A stretch of 34,612 nucleotides of DNA from a virus (Duplodnaviria; Caudoviricetes): the IMG/VR virus record IMGVR_UViG_3300047477_000152, positions 1 through 34,612 of that record, one strand, 5' to 3'. Position numbers and translations under genes: made by a program. This document shows, piece by piece, positions 17,626 to 26,159 of this stretch. The notes under the pieces are model-generated. The model did not search any database. It was not told the DNA's origin and was given only the letters and a program-made list of their open reading frames with translations. Numbering within the stretch: the first letter of the stretch is position 1; each line of letters begins with the position of its first letter.

Positions 17626-17656
17626 AAAAAGAAAGCCCGGACGAATCCGGGCTTTT
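17626..17656 (-). terminator. Intrinsic terminator ending the leftward early operon (possibly bidirectional)
   Basis: Minus strand AAAGCCCGGA-TTCG-TCCGGGCTTT-CTTTTT, 20 bp after the stop at 17677. Confidence 0.9.
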
Positions 17657-17676
17657 AAAGGGCTGAGGGGAGGGAC

Positions 17677-17934
17677 TCAGCCGTACTTGCGCATGTCTCT
17701 CGCTGACTCCTGCTTGTCCGCTTTGGCGTTGGCCATATCCTCCAGGTGACTTGCGAGCAACTTCTCGAACGCTCGGTCCTCCAGAGCTTTGACGACTTTC
17801 GATTCAAGCAGCTCGATGACGGACTCACCTTTGTGCTGCACGTCTTCCAGCTCGAAGTCCTCAATGTCGTGGAACGTGCCCAGGACAAGGAACTCAACAC
17901 CTCCAAGCGTGATGCTTACTTCACTCGTATTCAT
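17677..17934 (-). CDS. Hypothetical phage protein
   Basis: Last gene of the coupled minus-strand run before the terminator. Confidence 0.7.
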   Translation of the reverse strand: MNTSEVSITLGGVEFLVLGTFHDIEDFELEDVQHKGESVIELLESKVVKALEDRAFEKLLASHLEDMANAKADKQESARDMRKYG

Positions 17935-18275
17935 GGCTTGTCCTTAACTAGAACCTTGAAACCAAGGTAAGTCACTCTCGTAAGACTGTCGTACGAGAAA
18001 GGTTGGGAGCACGAATTAGCCTTCATCTTCAAATAGCAAAGATCCGCTTCGTCAAGCATTAACGCGTCAGGCTCACGCTGCATATGTTGAACCCCTAGAC
18101 TCAAAACCTTCATCATGTCGTAGTACGGGTCATCCGCTGGCGAGAAGGTTCCCGCATGCAATATCTGGATCTTTTTACCGTCCGTTTTACAAACTGTGTA
18201 AGCCGTCTGCTCGTAACCCGGTCTCCCCAGGTCAATACCCAGCATGTACTCAGGTAAGTTGTCACTCGTATTCAT
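17931..18275 (-). CDS. Hypothetical protein (more AT-rich; possible insertion)
   Basis: ORF from ATG 18275 (or GTG 18284), flanked by a 14-bp direct repeat. Confidence 0.6.
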   Translation of the reverse strand: MNTSDNLPEYMLGIDLGRPGYEQTAYTVCKTDGKKIQILHAGTFSPADDPYYDMMKVLSLGVQHMQREPDALMLDEADLCYLKMKANSCSQPFSYDSLTRVTYLGFKVLVKDKP

Positions 18276-18474
18276 AGTCTTCACCTCTGTTGTCTTTGAG
18301 GATGTCGCCCTCGGCTACGTCGACAACCACGAGAACGTCGTCAGCCAGGTTCGTCACTTCGAAGATCGTTGCTATGCTGTCAGGTCTGCGCATGTCGTCG
18401 AGTGCTGTGGCTGCGGCCTCTTCGTGTGACGGAGCGTCGATGTGCGCAGACCATACTGTCAGGAACGTGGGCAT
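18262..18474 (-). CDS. Small hypothetical phage protein
   Basis: Coupled to the ligase stop (TAATG). W...IDA.S.EEAA..A....R.PDS.AT.FEV pattern. Confidence 0.7.
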   Translation of the reverse strand: MPTFLTVWSAHIDAPSHEEAAATALDDMRRPDSIATIFEVTNLADDVLVVVDVAEGDILKDNRGEDYEYE

Positions 18475-19340
18475 TACAGATCCCTCTCATCCCTGAATGA
18501 CAAAAACACAGGGTGTCTCGGTTTGTCCTTCACGCCCACTGGGAAGTATTTGAACTTCAGCAGCTTGCCGATGTACTTCTCGCGGTTGTCCCACACGCGC
18601 TGACGAAGCTCGTCATCCATGCCTGTGCCGATCTCAAACTCGATGCCTTTCCACAGCACTTGGAACGCGCCCAGCGTGTTCTTGCCCGTCTTGTTCTCTT
18701 TGTGTGAGCTGCGCTTGGTACGACCCAGCTCGTTGGTCGTGGCTTCGTTGCCATTGTGCATTTGCTCAACCAGCCCGACGATGTGAGCTTCATCATCCTG
18801 AAATCTTTTTAGCTTCAGCAAGATCCCTTCCTTGGCAGTGCTGCGCCCGAACTTGTAGCCTGCATCCGGGTCACGCAGAATCAGCCCTTCGTAGCCTTCG
18901 TTGAGGCACTTCTCTTCCAGAGCCAGCAGCTCTTCAACAGAGTTCACCAGGGTCTGGGGCACTTCAACGACGCGACTGCGAAGGTTGAACTTGCCCGGCT
19001 TGAAGCGGTGGTAATAGCGCTCGTGAGGTACTTCAATGTGGTCAAACACATGGAAGTGCACGTCGGGCTCACCGTCGACAGACATCACGCCGCTGGTGGT
19101 CACGTTGAAGCAGTTCTTCGCTGTCGGCTCACCGACGATCAGCTCACCGTCGAAGTGCTCGTATGCTGAGAACAGCTTCTGCACGTGCTTGTTCGGGATA
19201 GGTTTGAGGCTCCGGCTCATGAGCACGCCGTTGATTACTACTGCACGAATGCCGTCGAGCTTGGGGCTGGCCAGCAAGGGGAAGCGCAGATTGTTGAGGT
19301 CTGCGGGTGAAGCTAACATGGGTTTGAATGCTAAAGTCAT
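18474..19340 (-). CDS. lig: ATP-dependent DNA ligase (minimal phage type)
   Basis: KPMLA; motif I KLDGIR; FDGEL; F.VFD; EGLILR; LLKLK; OB-domain IGTG and PRHPVF..FR. Start reassigned to ATG 19340. Confidence 0.95.
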   Translation of the reverse strand: MTLAFKPMLASPADLNNLRFPLLASPKLDGIRAVVINGVLMSRSLKPIPNKHVQKLFSAYEHFDGELIVGEPTAKNCFNVTTSGVMSVDGEPDVHFHVFDHIEVPHERYYHRFKPGKFNLRSRVVEVPQTLVNSVEELLALEEKCLNEGYEGLILRDPDAGYKFGRSTAKEGILLKLKRFQDDEAHIVGLVEQMHNGNEATTNELGRTKRSSHKENKTGKNTLGAFQVLWKGIEFEIGTGMDDELRQRVWDNREKYIGKLLKFKYFPVGVKDKPRHPVFLSFRDERDL

Positions 19341-19675
19341 GAGTGGTACTCGATTTCTGCGCCTGGAGCGCGTTGAATCATTCCGATGGTGATACCGCCG
19401 CCCGTTTCCCACTCATAGCGCAAGATCCACTCAAGCATGCCTGAGCTATCTCGCTCGGTACGTGGAAACACTTTGAGGTTCAGCACACGCTCTTCGTTGC
19501 AGTAGCGGCGCACGTGGTTGGCCACACCGTCGCGCATGATTTCTTCGTCGGTGCGTTTGTAACCAAGAGCTTGCTTGGCAAGATGGCGAGCGGTGGTGTA
19601 AAGGGTGTCGCCCACAGTTGCATCAAGCAGTTGCTCCAGTACGCGACGGTCAATGCTTACTTTTTCATTCGTCAT
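19337..19675 (-). CDS. Hypothetical phage protein
   Basis: Start MTNEK at 19675 with AAGGA RBS; ATGA overlaps on both sides. Confidence 0.65.
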   Translation of the reverse strand: MTNEKVSIDRRVLEQLLDATVGDTLYTTARHLAKQALGYKRTDEEIMRDGVANHVRRYCNEERVLNLKVFPRTERDSSGMLEWILRYEWETGGGITIGMIQRAPGAEIEYHS

Positions 19676-20001
19676 TTCGTGTCCTTTGTCACCCAGAACA
19701 CGTAGTCGCCGAACCGACCATAGAACTCGCCGGACTGAAGATTCACTTCTTCGGCGCCGTGGCAATACTCAGTGGCCAGCGCCTCTTGCTCTTCGGCGAT
19801 GTCTTCACCACTCACCTCTTTGTTGGCGGTGTAGTCGCCGCAGTCATCCTCGAACTGCTTCATCATGAAGATGATGTGGGCCTTAGCTTCATCGAAGCTC
19901 TCGCACTCAGCTGGTTCGTTGTCCGGCATGTACCCAGGCATGTTGTAGCCAGCGATCCACACTGTAGTGGGCTCACCTTCCTTATCCAGTTCATTCTTCA
20001 T
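19672..20001 (-). CDS. Acidic hypothetical phage protein
   Basis: Start MKNEL at 20001; AGYNMPGYMPD.EP...FDEA motif; D/E-rich. Confidence 0.7.
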   Translation of the reverse strand: MKNELDKEGEPTTVWIAGYNMPGYMPDNEPAECESFDEAKAHIIFMMKQFEDDCGDYTANKEVSGEDIAEEQEALATEYCHGAEEVNLQSGEFYGRFGDYVFWVTKDTK

Positions 20002-20699
20002 GCCGCTATCTCCAATTTGAGTTGCTTCCACGCGTCCGTTTCGCGGCGTTTAGCTTTACGTGCCTGAACGATCAAGCTCGCCGCCCAGCTGCGCATCTGT
20101 TCGGTGATGTAGCTACCGCTGTTGCTCTCGAAGCCCCAGCATGAGTCTTCACCCAGTTCTTCTCCGTTCTCGTCATGCAGCGTGACGATCAGGCCAACGT
20201 ACCACCAGTTGTCATTGCACCAGTCGCGCAGGAACTCATAGGTGTTGCGCATGGCACGCATAGCCTGCTCGTGCTTCGTCCCGGTCTTGTACGGTGGGGC
20301 GTCCCAGCCTTCTTTGATGGCGATGGGCAAGGTTGCCTTCCAGTCGTAATAGCGATGGCTGAAGTGCTCACCACACAGCTCCCAACCGTACTGCTCTTCG
20401 TCTAACGAACCGTGAATCCAGTCAGTCACTTCACCCACACCGTCGCAGTCTTCCCAAGGCGGCTCGTGGTGGCTGTCATACTGAATCTTGAAATTGATTT
20501 TCCAGCCGCGAGGTAGCTCGTGTTCTTCCTCACCCTCATAGGCTTCACCGTGATTGAGCGGGGTGATGTTCTGCTTGAATGAACCTTCGCCGTACTTCGC
20601 TTCGAACTTTGCTGAACGCATAGCTTGAATGGCGGGGTTGTTTTCAGCACGTTCCTTTTTATAGAAACGGAGCACGCGTTGCTTGTAGGTTTCCTTCAT
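19998..20699 (-). CDS. Conserved-looking hypothetical phage protein (W/Y/D/E-rich)
   Basis: Start MKETY at 20699; PWE.CDG.G.V.DW, YYD, W..D.W.YVG..VT, DSCWGFES motifs. Confidence 0.75.
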   Translation of the reverse strand: MKETYKQRVLRFYKKERAENNPAIQAMRSAKFEAKYGEGSFKQNITPLNHGEAYEGEEEHELPRGWKINFKIQYDSHHEPPWEDCDGVGEVTDWIHGSLDEEQYGWELCGEHFSHRYYDWKATLPIAIKEGWDAPPYKTGTKHEQAMRAMRNTYEFLRDWCNDNWWYVGLIVTLHDENGEELGEDSCWGFESNSGSYITEQMRSWAASLIVQARKAKRRETDAWKQLKLEIAA

Positions 20700-21049
20700 C
20701 ACTCTTCTCCCAGCACAGCGAAGCGAAACCGATACCCAGCCAGATGTGTGCCGCATGCGTCACACGTCTCTCGTGAGAATTCATGCTCTCCTGTGTCGCG
20801 GTCGACGAGCCCGTCTTTGTGGCACTGCGGGCAGATGTCTGTCGGCTGTTTGTGGCCAATCCATCCGCACAGCTTGCACTCGACCTGATCCTCACTGAAG
20901 AAGTCAGGTACGAGGCCTGAGCCCAGGTCGTGAACTCCTTCAACGACCATCCTGTCATGTGCGTCGTCGCTGTCTGGCGGCAGGTCGTCGTTCACTGCGA
21001 AGATCATGCAGTCTTGGCATAACCAGAGGTCACTACGGACGATTTTCAT
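20699..21049 (-). CDS. Zn-binding hypothetical protein
   Basis: Four CxxC pairs: CQDC, CKLC, CPQC, CDAC. Confidence 0.7.
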   Translation of the reverse strand: MKIVRSDLWLCQDCMIFAVNDDLPPDSDDAHDRMVVEGVHDLGSGLVPDFFSEDQVECKLCGWIGHKQPTDICPQCHKDGLVDRDTGEHEFSRETCDACGTHLAGYRFRFAVLGEE

Positions 21050-21422
21050 GGTTCTTCCTATGTGTCAACAGTTCAGATAGGGAAAGGCCGAGCGGGTGCT
21101 TACGCCTGTATTGAGCCCGCCTTAGAAGTACCTCGCGCTCAGCGACTTCAGGCCTTTGTCTCCTTCGCCGCTGCTTCTCATTTGGCGAAGGGGGTTTCGG
21201 GTAAGGCTTGTCCTTGCCCTTACCGTTGGCGTAAACAGGTGAATAGGGGCCGGGTTTTTCTGCAGTTCGCCAACCCACGATATGCACTTCGCCTTCCGCA
21301 TGTAGCTTGGTGAGTAACCTCTGTAGCGTGCGCTGGTGGCAATGCAGGACGGGCCAGTCACGTGCGCTCACAAGTTGATTCTTCAAACGCTCACGAAGCC
21401 TCGGCCCCACGGCGCTCTTCAT
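21033..21422 (-). CDS. Basic, putative winged-HTH DNA-binding protein
   Basis: C..RT.QR.L..L...G.VHI.GW......PVY..G.G.D...P pattern; R-rich C-terminus. Confidence 0.55.
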   Translation of the reverse strand: MKSAVGPRLRERLKNQLVSARDWPVLHCHQRTLQRLLTKLHAEGEVHIVGWRTAEKPGPYSPVYANGKGKDKPYPKPPSPNEKQRRRRQRPEVAEREVLLRRAQYRRKHPLGLSLSELLTHRKNHENRP

Positions 21423-22300
21423 GCAGCCTCCTTGTGCAGCAGCCCAAGCTGCTCAGCGATGAGTTCAAGTTCAGTGAAAGGAATCGTGTGGCATCCAACG
21501 ACGAGCGTGCCGTCCGGGTGAATCATGGTCAGGCGGTAGTCGCCAACCTGTCTCTCCGCGTTGCTAGGGGTATATTCAATGCTATGGGTCTTGCAACGAG
21601 TGGCAGCTCGCCAAAGCCACGGAGCGACTTCGACAGGCACTGTTGCACCGCGCGAGGTCTCGATGAGGGTCTTGTCCTTGCTCAGCCGCAGAGCTGTCAC
21701 TTCGAAGTGCGGGTAACGTCGCTCGACGTTGTGGCGCCAGTCGACGAGGGCTTCCGCTTGTTCTTTGGCACGCGCTTCTGCTCGCTCTTTTTCTTGGCGT
21801 TGGATTACCTTCGCCCACTCCCGCATTCGCAGAGCTTCGACCTCAAGCTGTTTGTCCAGCTCGTCCATCGACGGGCGAGTCCAACCAAGACCGAAGAACG
21901 CTGAATACGCGTCACGTGCGGCGAGGTTTGATTCGATGTCGCTCAACCGCGAACGCAACCGCTTGTTGGCGAGGTACTCCTTGCGAAGGCACTCAACATT
22001 CTTCATCCACCCCCGGTCGTTCGCCATGTGCACGAAGTCCAGGTTCTGACCTTCGTGTTGAGGCAGCACGGCGCAGAAAACGCGTTGCATGTGGTGGACA
22101 GCTGAGCGGGCGCGCCTCTGGTGGGTGGACGTGGTGTTGCTGAACCTGCGCTCACTCAACATGACGCGGTTGTCGCCAAGCAGGAAGCCAATGGGCTCCG
22201 CGTAGCTGAACATCACCGGACCTTCGAAGCGGACGTTACCGCTCTTGGCTCGCGGGCGAGACTGCGCCGCCCAGAGGTGAAACACTTCACGTGAGTTCAT
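21419..22300 (-). CDS. Hypothetical phage protein
   Basis: Start MNSRE at 22300 with GGAGAGG RBS; V.HLWA.Q, FSY, S.TTS.HQ, IETS.GA.VP, L.VGCH.I motifs. Confidence 0.8.
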   Translation of the reverse strand: MNSREVFHLWAAQSRPRAKSGNVRFEGPVMFSYAEPIGFLLGDNRVMLSERRFSNTTSTHQRRARSAVHHMQRVFCAVLPQHEGQNLDFVHMANDRGWMKNVECLRKEYLANKRLRSRLSDIESNLAARDAYSAFFGLGWTRPSMDELDKQLEVEALRMREWAKVIQRQEKERAEARAKEQAEALVDWRHNVERRYPHFEVTALRLSKDKTLIETSRGATVPVEVAPWLWRAATRCKTHSIEYTPSNAERQVGDYRLTMIHPDGTLVVGCHTIPFTELELIAEQLGLLHKEAA

Positions 22301-22661
22301 GATAAACCTCTCCGTCATAGCCAAGTTTGTTGCGCTCCCACAGGAGCTTGAGCAGCGCCTCTGCGTCTGCGCGCTTGCGCTTGATGGACTTCTCGATGAC
22401 CTCAATGGGCGCCGGCAGCAGCTTCATGATGTCAGCCGCGGTGTCAGTGCCGATGCGCGTGCAGGAGATGCCGGGTGGGACTACTTTCTTGCGGGCTGTA
22501 TCAAGGCCGGGCACAACAATGTCCTCTTCGAACACGTCCGCCGCTGCCGCGGGCTTTTGAGCTGGAAACGCGGTCTCTACGACCTTCTTCCCGAACAACT
22601 CTGACAGAAACTCCTTGGCTTCGTCAGAAAGTGTCAGAGTGTGAGTTATGCGAATATCCAT
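22287..22661 (-). CDS. Hypothetical protein, possible C-terminal winged helix
   Basis: In-operon ORF; C-terminal LLKLLWERNKL.YDGE.Y. Confidence 0.65.
   Translation of the reverse strand: MDIRITHTLTLSDEAKEFLSELFGKKVVETAFPAQKPAAAADVFEEDIVVPGLDTARKKVVPPGISCTRIGTDTAADIMKLLPAPIEVIEKSIKRKRADAEALLKLLWERNKLGYDGEVYHELT
22600..22639. promoter_or_regulatory. Tripartite operator-like motif, copy A
   Basis: TCTGACAGA-N11-TTCGTCAGA-N3-TGTCAGAG; blocks and spacing identical to 31393-31432. Confidence 0.6.
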
Positions 22662-22667
22662 GATGGT

Positions 22668-22946
22668 TTAATACTCCGAAGGAAGAAGGATTGTGGTTGC
22701 GCTGCGGTCGGCTTCGGTGATGATCCAAATCTTCACATCAGGTGCGATCTGGTATGCGGAGAAGATGCGGTTGCCGAGCTTAACGGCTTCGTCATTGAGT
22801 GCTTTGTCTTCTTCGCACAGCGTTCCCCAGTCGCCGTTGTAGTGGCGAGTGAGAAGACCTAGCGGCGTGAGTTCGTGAGCGGCAATTACTTCAAGCGCTC
22901 CGGGCGTGGCCACGACCTGGCCGAGTTGGAATAGTGGATGGATCAT
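22668..22946 (-). CDS. Conserved small plasmid/phage protein
   Basis: LFQLGQVVATPGA...L.RH..GDWG.LC.ED...N..A...G.RI.SAY.....IWIITEADRSATTILLPSEY is a widespread mobile-element family of unknown function. Start at 22946 with GGAGG RBS. Confidence 0.85.
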   Translation of the reverse strand: MIHPLFQLGQVVATPGALEVIAAHELTPLGLLTRHYNGDWGTLCEEDKALNDEAVKLGNRIFSAYQIAPDVKIWIITEADRSATTILLPSEY

Positions 22947-23248
22947 GTCAGTCCTCCTGCCTGCAGCCACATGTCGATTGCGGTCTGCGCTTCGTTCATG
23001 AAAGCGGTGCCCTTGCTGGTGAACAGGGTCTCCGCATCATCGTCGTCTTCCGGCCCGCCAAGGAGCTGGTCAAGTACGTCTGGCCAGCACTCTTCACAGA
23101 ACCCACCAAGCTCGTTGGCGTCGATGTAGTCGTGGAGTTGGCTGAAGCGTCTGCCAGTTTTCGGGATGCGTCCGGTGGCCGCCTCTTCGCAGATCTCGCA
23201 CTTCATTCGCTCGATGGTCAGCGCCATTGCGAGTTCTGGTGTCATCAT
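22943..23248 (-). CDS. Acidic hypothetical phage protein
   Basis: FSQLHDYIDANELGG motif; start at 23248, ATGA-coupled. Confidence 0.7.
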   Translation of the reverse strand: MMTPELAMALTIERMKCEICEEAATGRIPKTGRRFSQLHDYIDANELGGFCEECWPDVLDQLLGGPEDDDDAETLFTSKGTAFMNEAQTAIDMWLQAGGLT

Positions 23249-23667
23249 GATTCCAGCCACTTCTCTTGCGCCCAAGTCAGCGCGTTCATTACTGCGGTCT
23301 GCTCTCCGTCAGTGCGCTTGTACTCGCTACGCATGAAGAACTCCCACACCCTGACATACAGGTCTGCTGCCGCTACGTGCTTGTTGATCCTTGGTGCCCC
23401 ACGCTCTCCGGCAGGGTCTTGCGCTTCAATGTGCTTGCGCAGCCACTCCCCGAACGGTTCCGACACCTCGTAGTCATAGACGCCCTCGAAGTAGATGTCC
23501 GCAGCGCCGAACACCGCCTCCAGATACAGCTCTGAAAGTTCAGCGAACTCCGCGACGGCGCGGCACAATTCGATACAGCCTTGATCCCAGTGCTCAAGCA
23601 GCTTGTCGTCTTCCTTCACGCCTTCCCACATGAATGCGGCGGTGATGGCGATGTTGATGTGGTTCAT
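23245..23667 (-). CDS. Acidic hypothetical phage protein
   Basis: GVYDYEVSEPFGEW motif; GGAG RBS. Confidence 0.7.
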   Translation of the reverse strand: MNHINIAITAAFMWEGVKEDDKLLEHWDQGCIELCRAVAEFAELSELYLEAVFGAADIYFEGVYDYEVSEPFGEWLRKHIEAQDPAGERGAPRINKHVAAADLYVRVWEFFMRSEYKRTDGEQTAVMNALTWAQEKWLES

Positions 23668-23672
23668 GTCAG

Positions 23673-24119
23673 TTACTCCATTTCTTCAAGTAGTTCTACG
23701 CCGGTCTCATCGAACAACTGGGTCGACCGGATGATGTTCTCTCGCCAGCGCTCGGCGAATTCGGGGCTCATTCTGCCCACCACCACGCGCTTGATCCCTG
23801 ACTGCACGATGGCTCGTGCGCAGTCCATACAGGGGAAGTGGGTGACGACCAGGGTGCCGCCCTTGGGGCTGAAGCCTGAGCGCGCTGCGGTGTAGATGGC
23901 GTTACGCTCTGCATGTTCTGCCCAGAAGAGCTTCTCCGGGCGAGATTGGAAGCGTTCATCTTCGTCAGCACTGCAGCCACGCGGCGCGCCGTTGTACCCC
24001 CATGGCCCACCCTCTCCATCCGGGCCGATGATGATCGCGCCTACCTTGGTGTCGTCCTTGGACAGCTGGGCCACGGCGCGGGCGATGGCCATGAGTCTGG
24101 ATATCTTGGCGGGGGTCAT
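23673..24119 (-). CDS. dCMP (deoxycytidylate) deaminase family protein
   Basis: SKD.TKVGA, GYNG.PRG, HAERNAI, PCMDCAR.I.QSGI zinc-deaminase motifs. Confidence 0.92.
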   Translation of the reverse strand: MTPAKISRLMAIARAVAQLSKDDTKVGAIIIGPDGEGGPWGYNGAPRGCSADEDERFQSRPEKLFWAEHAERNAIYTAARSGFSPKGGTLVVTHFPCMDCARAIVQSGIKRVVVGRMSPEFAERWRENIIRSTQLFDETGVELLEEME

Positions 24120-24120
24120 T

Positions 24121-24840
24121 TCAGCTCCTCACCAAGAAGGTGTTTCCGTCGACTTCGATCTCGGTGTAGTCAGACTTCAACTCATCGGCAGCCGCTTCCC
24201 AGTCGATGTGGTTTGTGGGCCACTCGGCATCACGTAGGATTGCACCGATATCGCTCGCATACTCTTGACAGTAATCCACAAACTTGCCCTCGTTGATGAG
24301 TTGACAGTCGCGGAACCTACCGCCGCAGTAGCTCTCAGCCTGCTCCTTCAGATCCAGCCAGTTGGCAAGCTCTTCGTACTCGTCAGCGTTCGGGTCGTTC
24401 GGGTCGAACTCAATGGCATAGTCGACGCTGAACTCATCGCAGAACGCACGCGCTTCGTCCTCTCCGTCAAGAAGCGCGCAGATCTTGCCGCGAATCTTGC
24501 AGAGAGCTTCTTCGAGATCAGAGTCTGTAAGAGTGTCGAGCGTGTCTTCGAGGTCCAGCTCGCTCAACACTTCGCTCCAGTAGCCGAGGTTGTCGGCCAT
24601 CGTTTCGAGCGTGTCGAGGTCGTCGGTGTCGGTGATCTCATCCTTGGCCGCTTCAACTGCAGACTTGTCGCCTTCACCCAGGGTGATCTCACCGTTGAGC
24701 CACTTGCGCAGCTCGCTGGAATCCACGTTGTCGAGGAAGTCGTGACCCGTCAGCAGGTAGCTGATATGGGCGTCGATGTCACGACCGGAGAGGTAGTCGT
24801 CATAGAGGTTGATGGTTTTAAGCATCTCGGTCGTCCTCAT
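24121..24840 (-). CDS. Highly acidic ArdA-like antirestriction/DNA-mimic candidate
   Basis: About a quarter of residues are D/E (hand count ~63/239). C-terminal F.DY..EY..D.G.......HIDWEAAA.EL..DY.....G..F resembles the ArdA C-terminus. Confidence 0.6.
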   Translation of the reverse strand: MRTTEMLKTINLYDDYLSGRDIDAHISYLLTGHDFLDNVDSSELRKWLNGEITLGEGDKSAVEAAKDEITDTDDLDTLETMADNLGYWSEVLSELDLEDTLDTLTDSDLEEALCKIRGKICALLDGEDEARAFCDEFSVDYAIEFDPNDPNADEYEELANWLDLKEQAESYCGGRFRDCQLINEGKFVDYCQEYASDIGAILRDAEWPTNHIDWEAAADELKSDYTEIEVDGNTFLVRS

Positions 24841-25372
24841 GCTGCGTTATCCACTGGAGAACCTCGTCTTTGTTCGGGTGGTCTCCTTCGAGCGAGTTAT
24901 TGATGGTGTCTGCAAACTCACATAGCAGGGCGTATGCACCTTCGTTGGCAGCGCGCAGCCTCTCTATCTCGTCGAGCATGGCTGGGAACTCGTTGTGTGC
25001 GAGGCTCTGGAAGTCTTCTTGGGCTGTAGTGGCGCGGGCCTCTTCAAGCACCGAGTCGGCGTAAGACTGTGCATCCTCGCGTGTCGGGTAGAACAGGTCG
25101 GCAGACCCGCGACACTTCTGACCTCGGCTGACGAAGTCGATGCTTTCTCCGGAGCATCCAGGAGATATACCAAAACGAGTGATTTTGATTTCACTGATGG
25201 TTGCTTTGTATGGCCTGTCTCGCTGTGCGTTGTAGTGCAGATCCACTTCATACACAACGACGGGAAGCACTTGATCGCGCAGATCTTCGTTGGAAAGCTC
25301 GCGGAAAGCTCGCGGTTTTTTCTCTGTCGTTGCAGCGTGCGCCGCACGCAGTTTGTCGATGTCGATTGTCAT
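24818..25372 (-). CDS. Ead/Ea22-like mosaic phage protein
   Basis: Start MTIDIDKLRAA..AAT at 25372; AHN.FPAMLDEIERLRA motif. Confidence 0.6.
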   Translation of the reverse strand: MTIDIDKLRAAHAATTEKKPRAFRELSNEDLRDQVLPVVVYEVDLHYNAQRDRPYKATISEIKITRFGISPGCSGESIDFVSRGQKCRGSADLFYPTREDAQSYADSVLEEARATTAQEDFQSLAHNEFPAMLDEIERLRAANEGAYALLCEFADTINNSLEGDHPNKDEVLQWITQHEDDRDA

Positions 25373-25578
25373 TTCAGTAGCTCCACAGTCTTGCGAACAG
25401 GGGCTAGGTACGCTTCGTCTGACGTGAGCAATTCCATTGCGTCTTTGACGCCGCACACGTAGGACACCAACCTGTCTATTTCCATATGGGAGATTAGGGA
25501 GCGTATGCGGAACTTAAGCAACTCGCAGTCGTCCGGGAGGGTGTCTATCGTCGCAATGAGGTCTTCGAGTTTGGTCAT
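25369..25578 (-). CDS. Small hypothetical protein
   Basis: Start MTKLE at 25578 after TGAA; GAGGA RBS. Confidence 0.6.
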   Translation of the reverse strand: MTKLEDLIATIDTLPDDCELLKFRIRSLISHMEIDRLVSYVCGVKDAMELLTSDEAYLAPVRKTVELLK

Positions 25579-25579
25579 T

Positions 25580-25951
25580 TCAGTCTTCCTCTTCAACTTG
25601 CGCAGCCTTCCGGGTCATTTCTATGACCCGCTGTGCGACAACGTCGGTATGGGCGGCCTGCTTAGCTGCGGCCCTGATCACACCTTCAAAAGCGCCTCGG
25701 TATTGAGACGCCAAAGCGACGGCAATATCCTTCTCAATCGCCATCAAGAAATTTGGAGAGACGCACGCCTTGGCGATAGCATGAACCATCGCAACGGTGA
25801 TCTGCTCCTGCGATTCTGCGATTGCTTTCTCCATCGCCGCTTTCAGCTTCGCCCCCGTCCCGTAACTGTCGCGCATCATTGAATTGATGGCGTTCTGAAC
25901 ACCTTCTTTTAGCCAGCGTTCGATTGTTTCGTCTTTGATTTCGATTGCCAT
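25580..25951 (-). CDS. Hypothetical helical protein
   Basis: AAGGAG RBS; fits the coupled gene run. Confidence 0.7.
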   Translation of the reverse strand: MAIEIKDETIERWLKEGVQNAINSMMRDSYGTGAKLKAAMEKAIAESQEQITVAMVHAIAKACVSPNFLMAIEKDIAVALASQYRGAFEGVIRAAAKQAAHTDVVAQRVIEMTRKAAQVEEED

Positions 25952-25952
25952 T

Positions 25953-26159
25953 TCACTTCTCCTTAAACTGTTTCAGGATTTCGCCAACGGTCTTGTGTGA
26001 CCAGTCCGGGTACTCGAAGCTCGGCCCGATCAGGTCGTGCAGAGCGTTTGCGAACTGTTCGTCACTGTCATACAAGTCTGAGACCTTTTCGTTGGACGGG
26101 AAGCGCTTGATGTACGCTCTGGCGCGCTTTTGGGCTGGGGCGATGAGGTCGATTGTCAT
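25953..26159 (-). CDS. Small hypothetical protein
   Basis: Start MTIDLIA at 26159 with GGAGG RBS and ATGA overlap. Confidence 0.6.
   Translation of the reverse strand: MTIDLIAPAQKRARAYIKRFPSNEKVSDLYDSDEQFANALHDLIGPSFEYPDWSHKTVGEILKQFKEK

Noticed and set aside
22668-22946. Type I restriction-modification subunit, a label sometimes attached to this family
   Set aside because: It is only 92 aa with no methyltransferase motifs and no hsd genes nearby.
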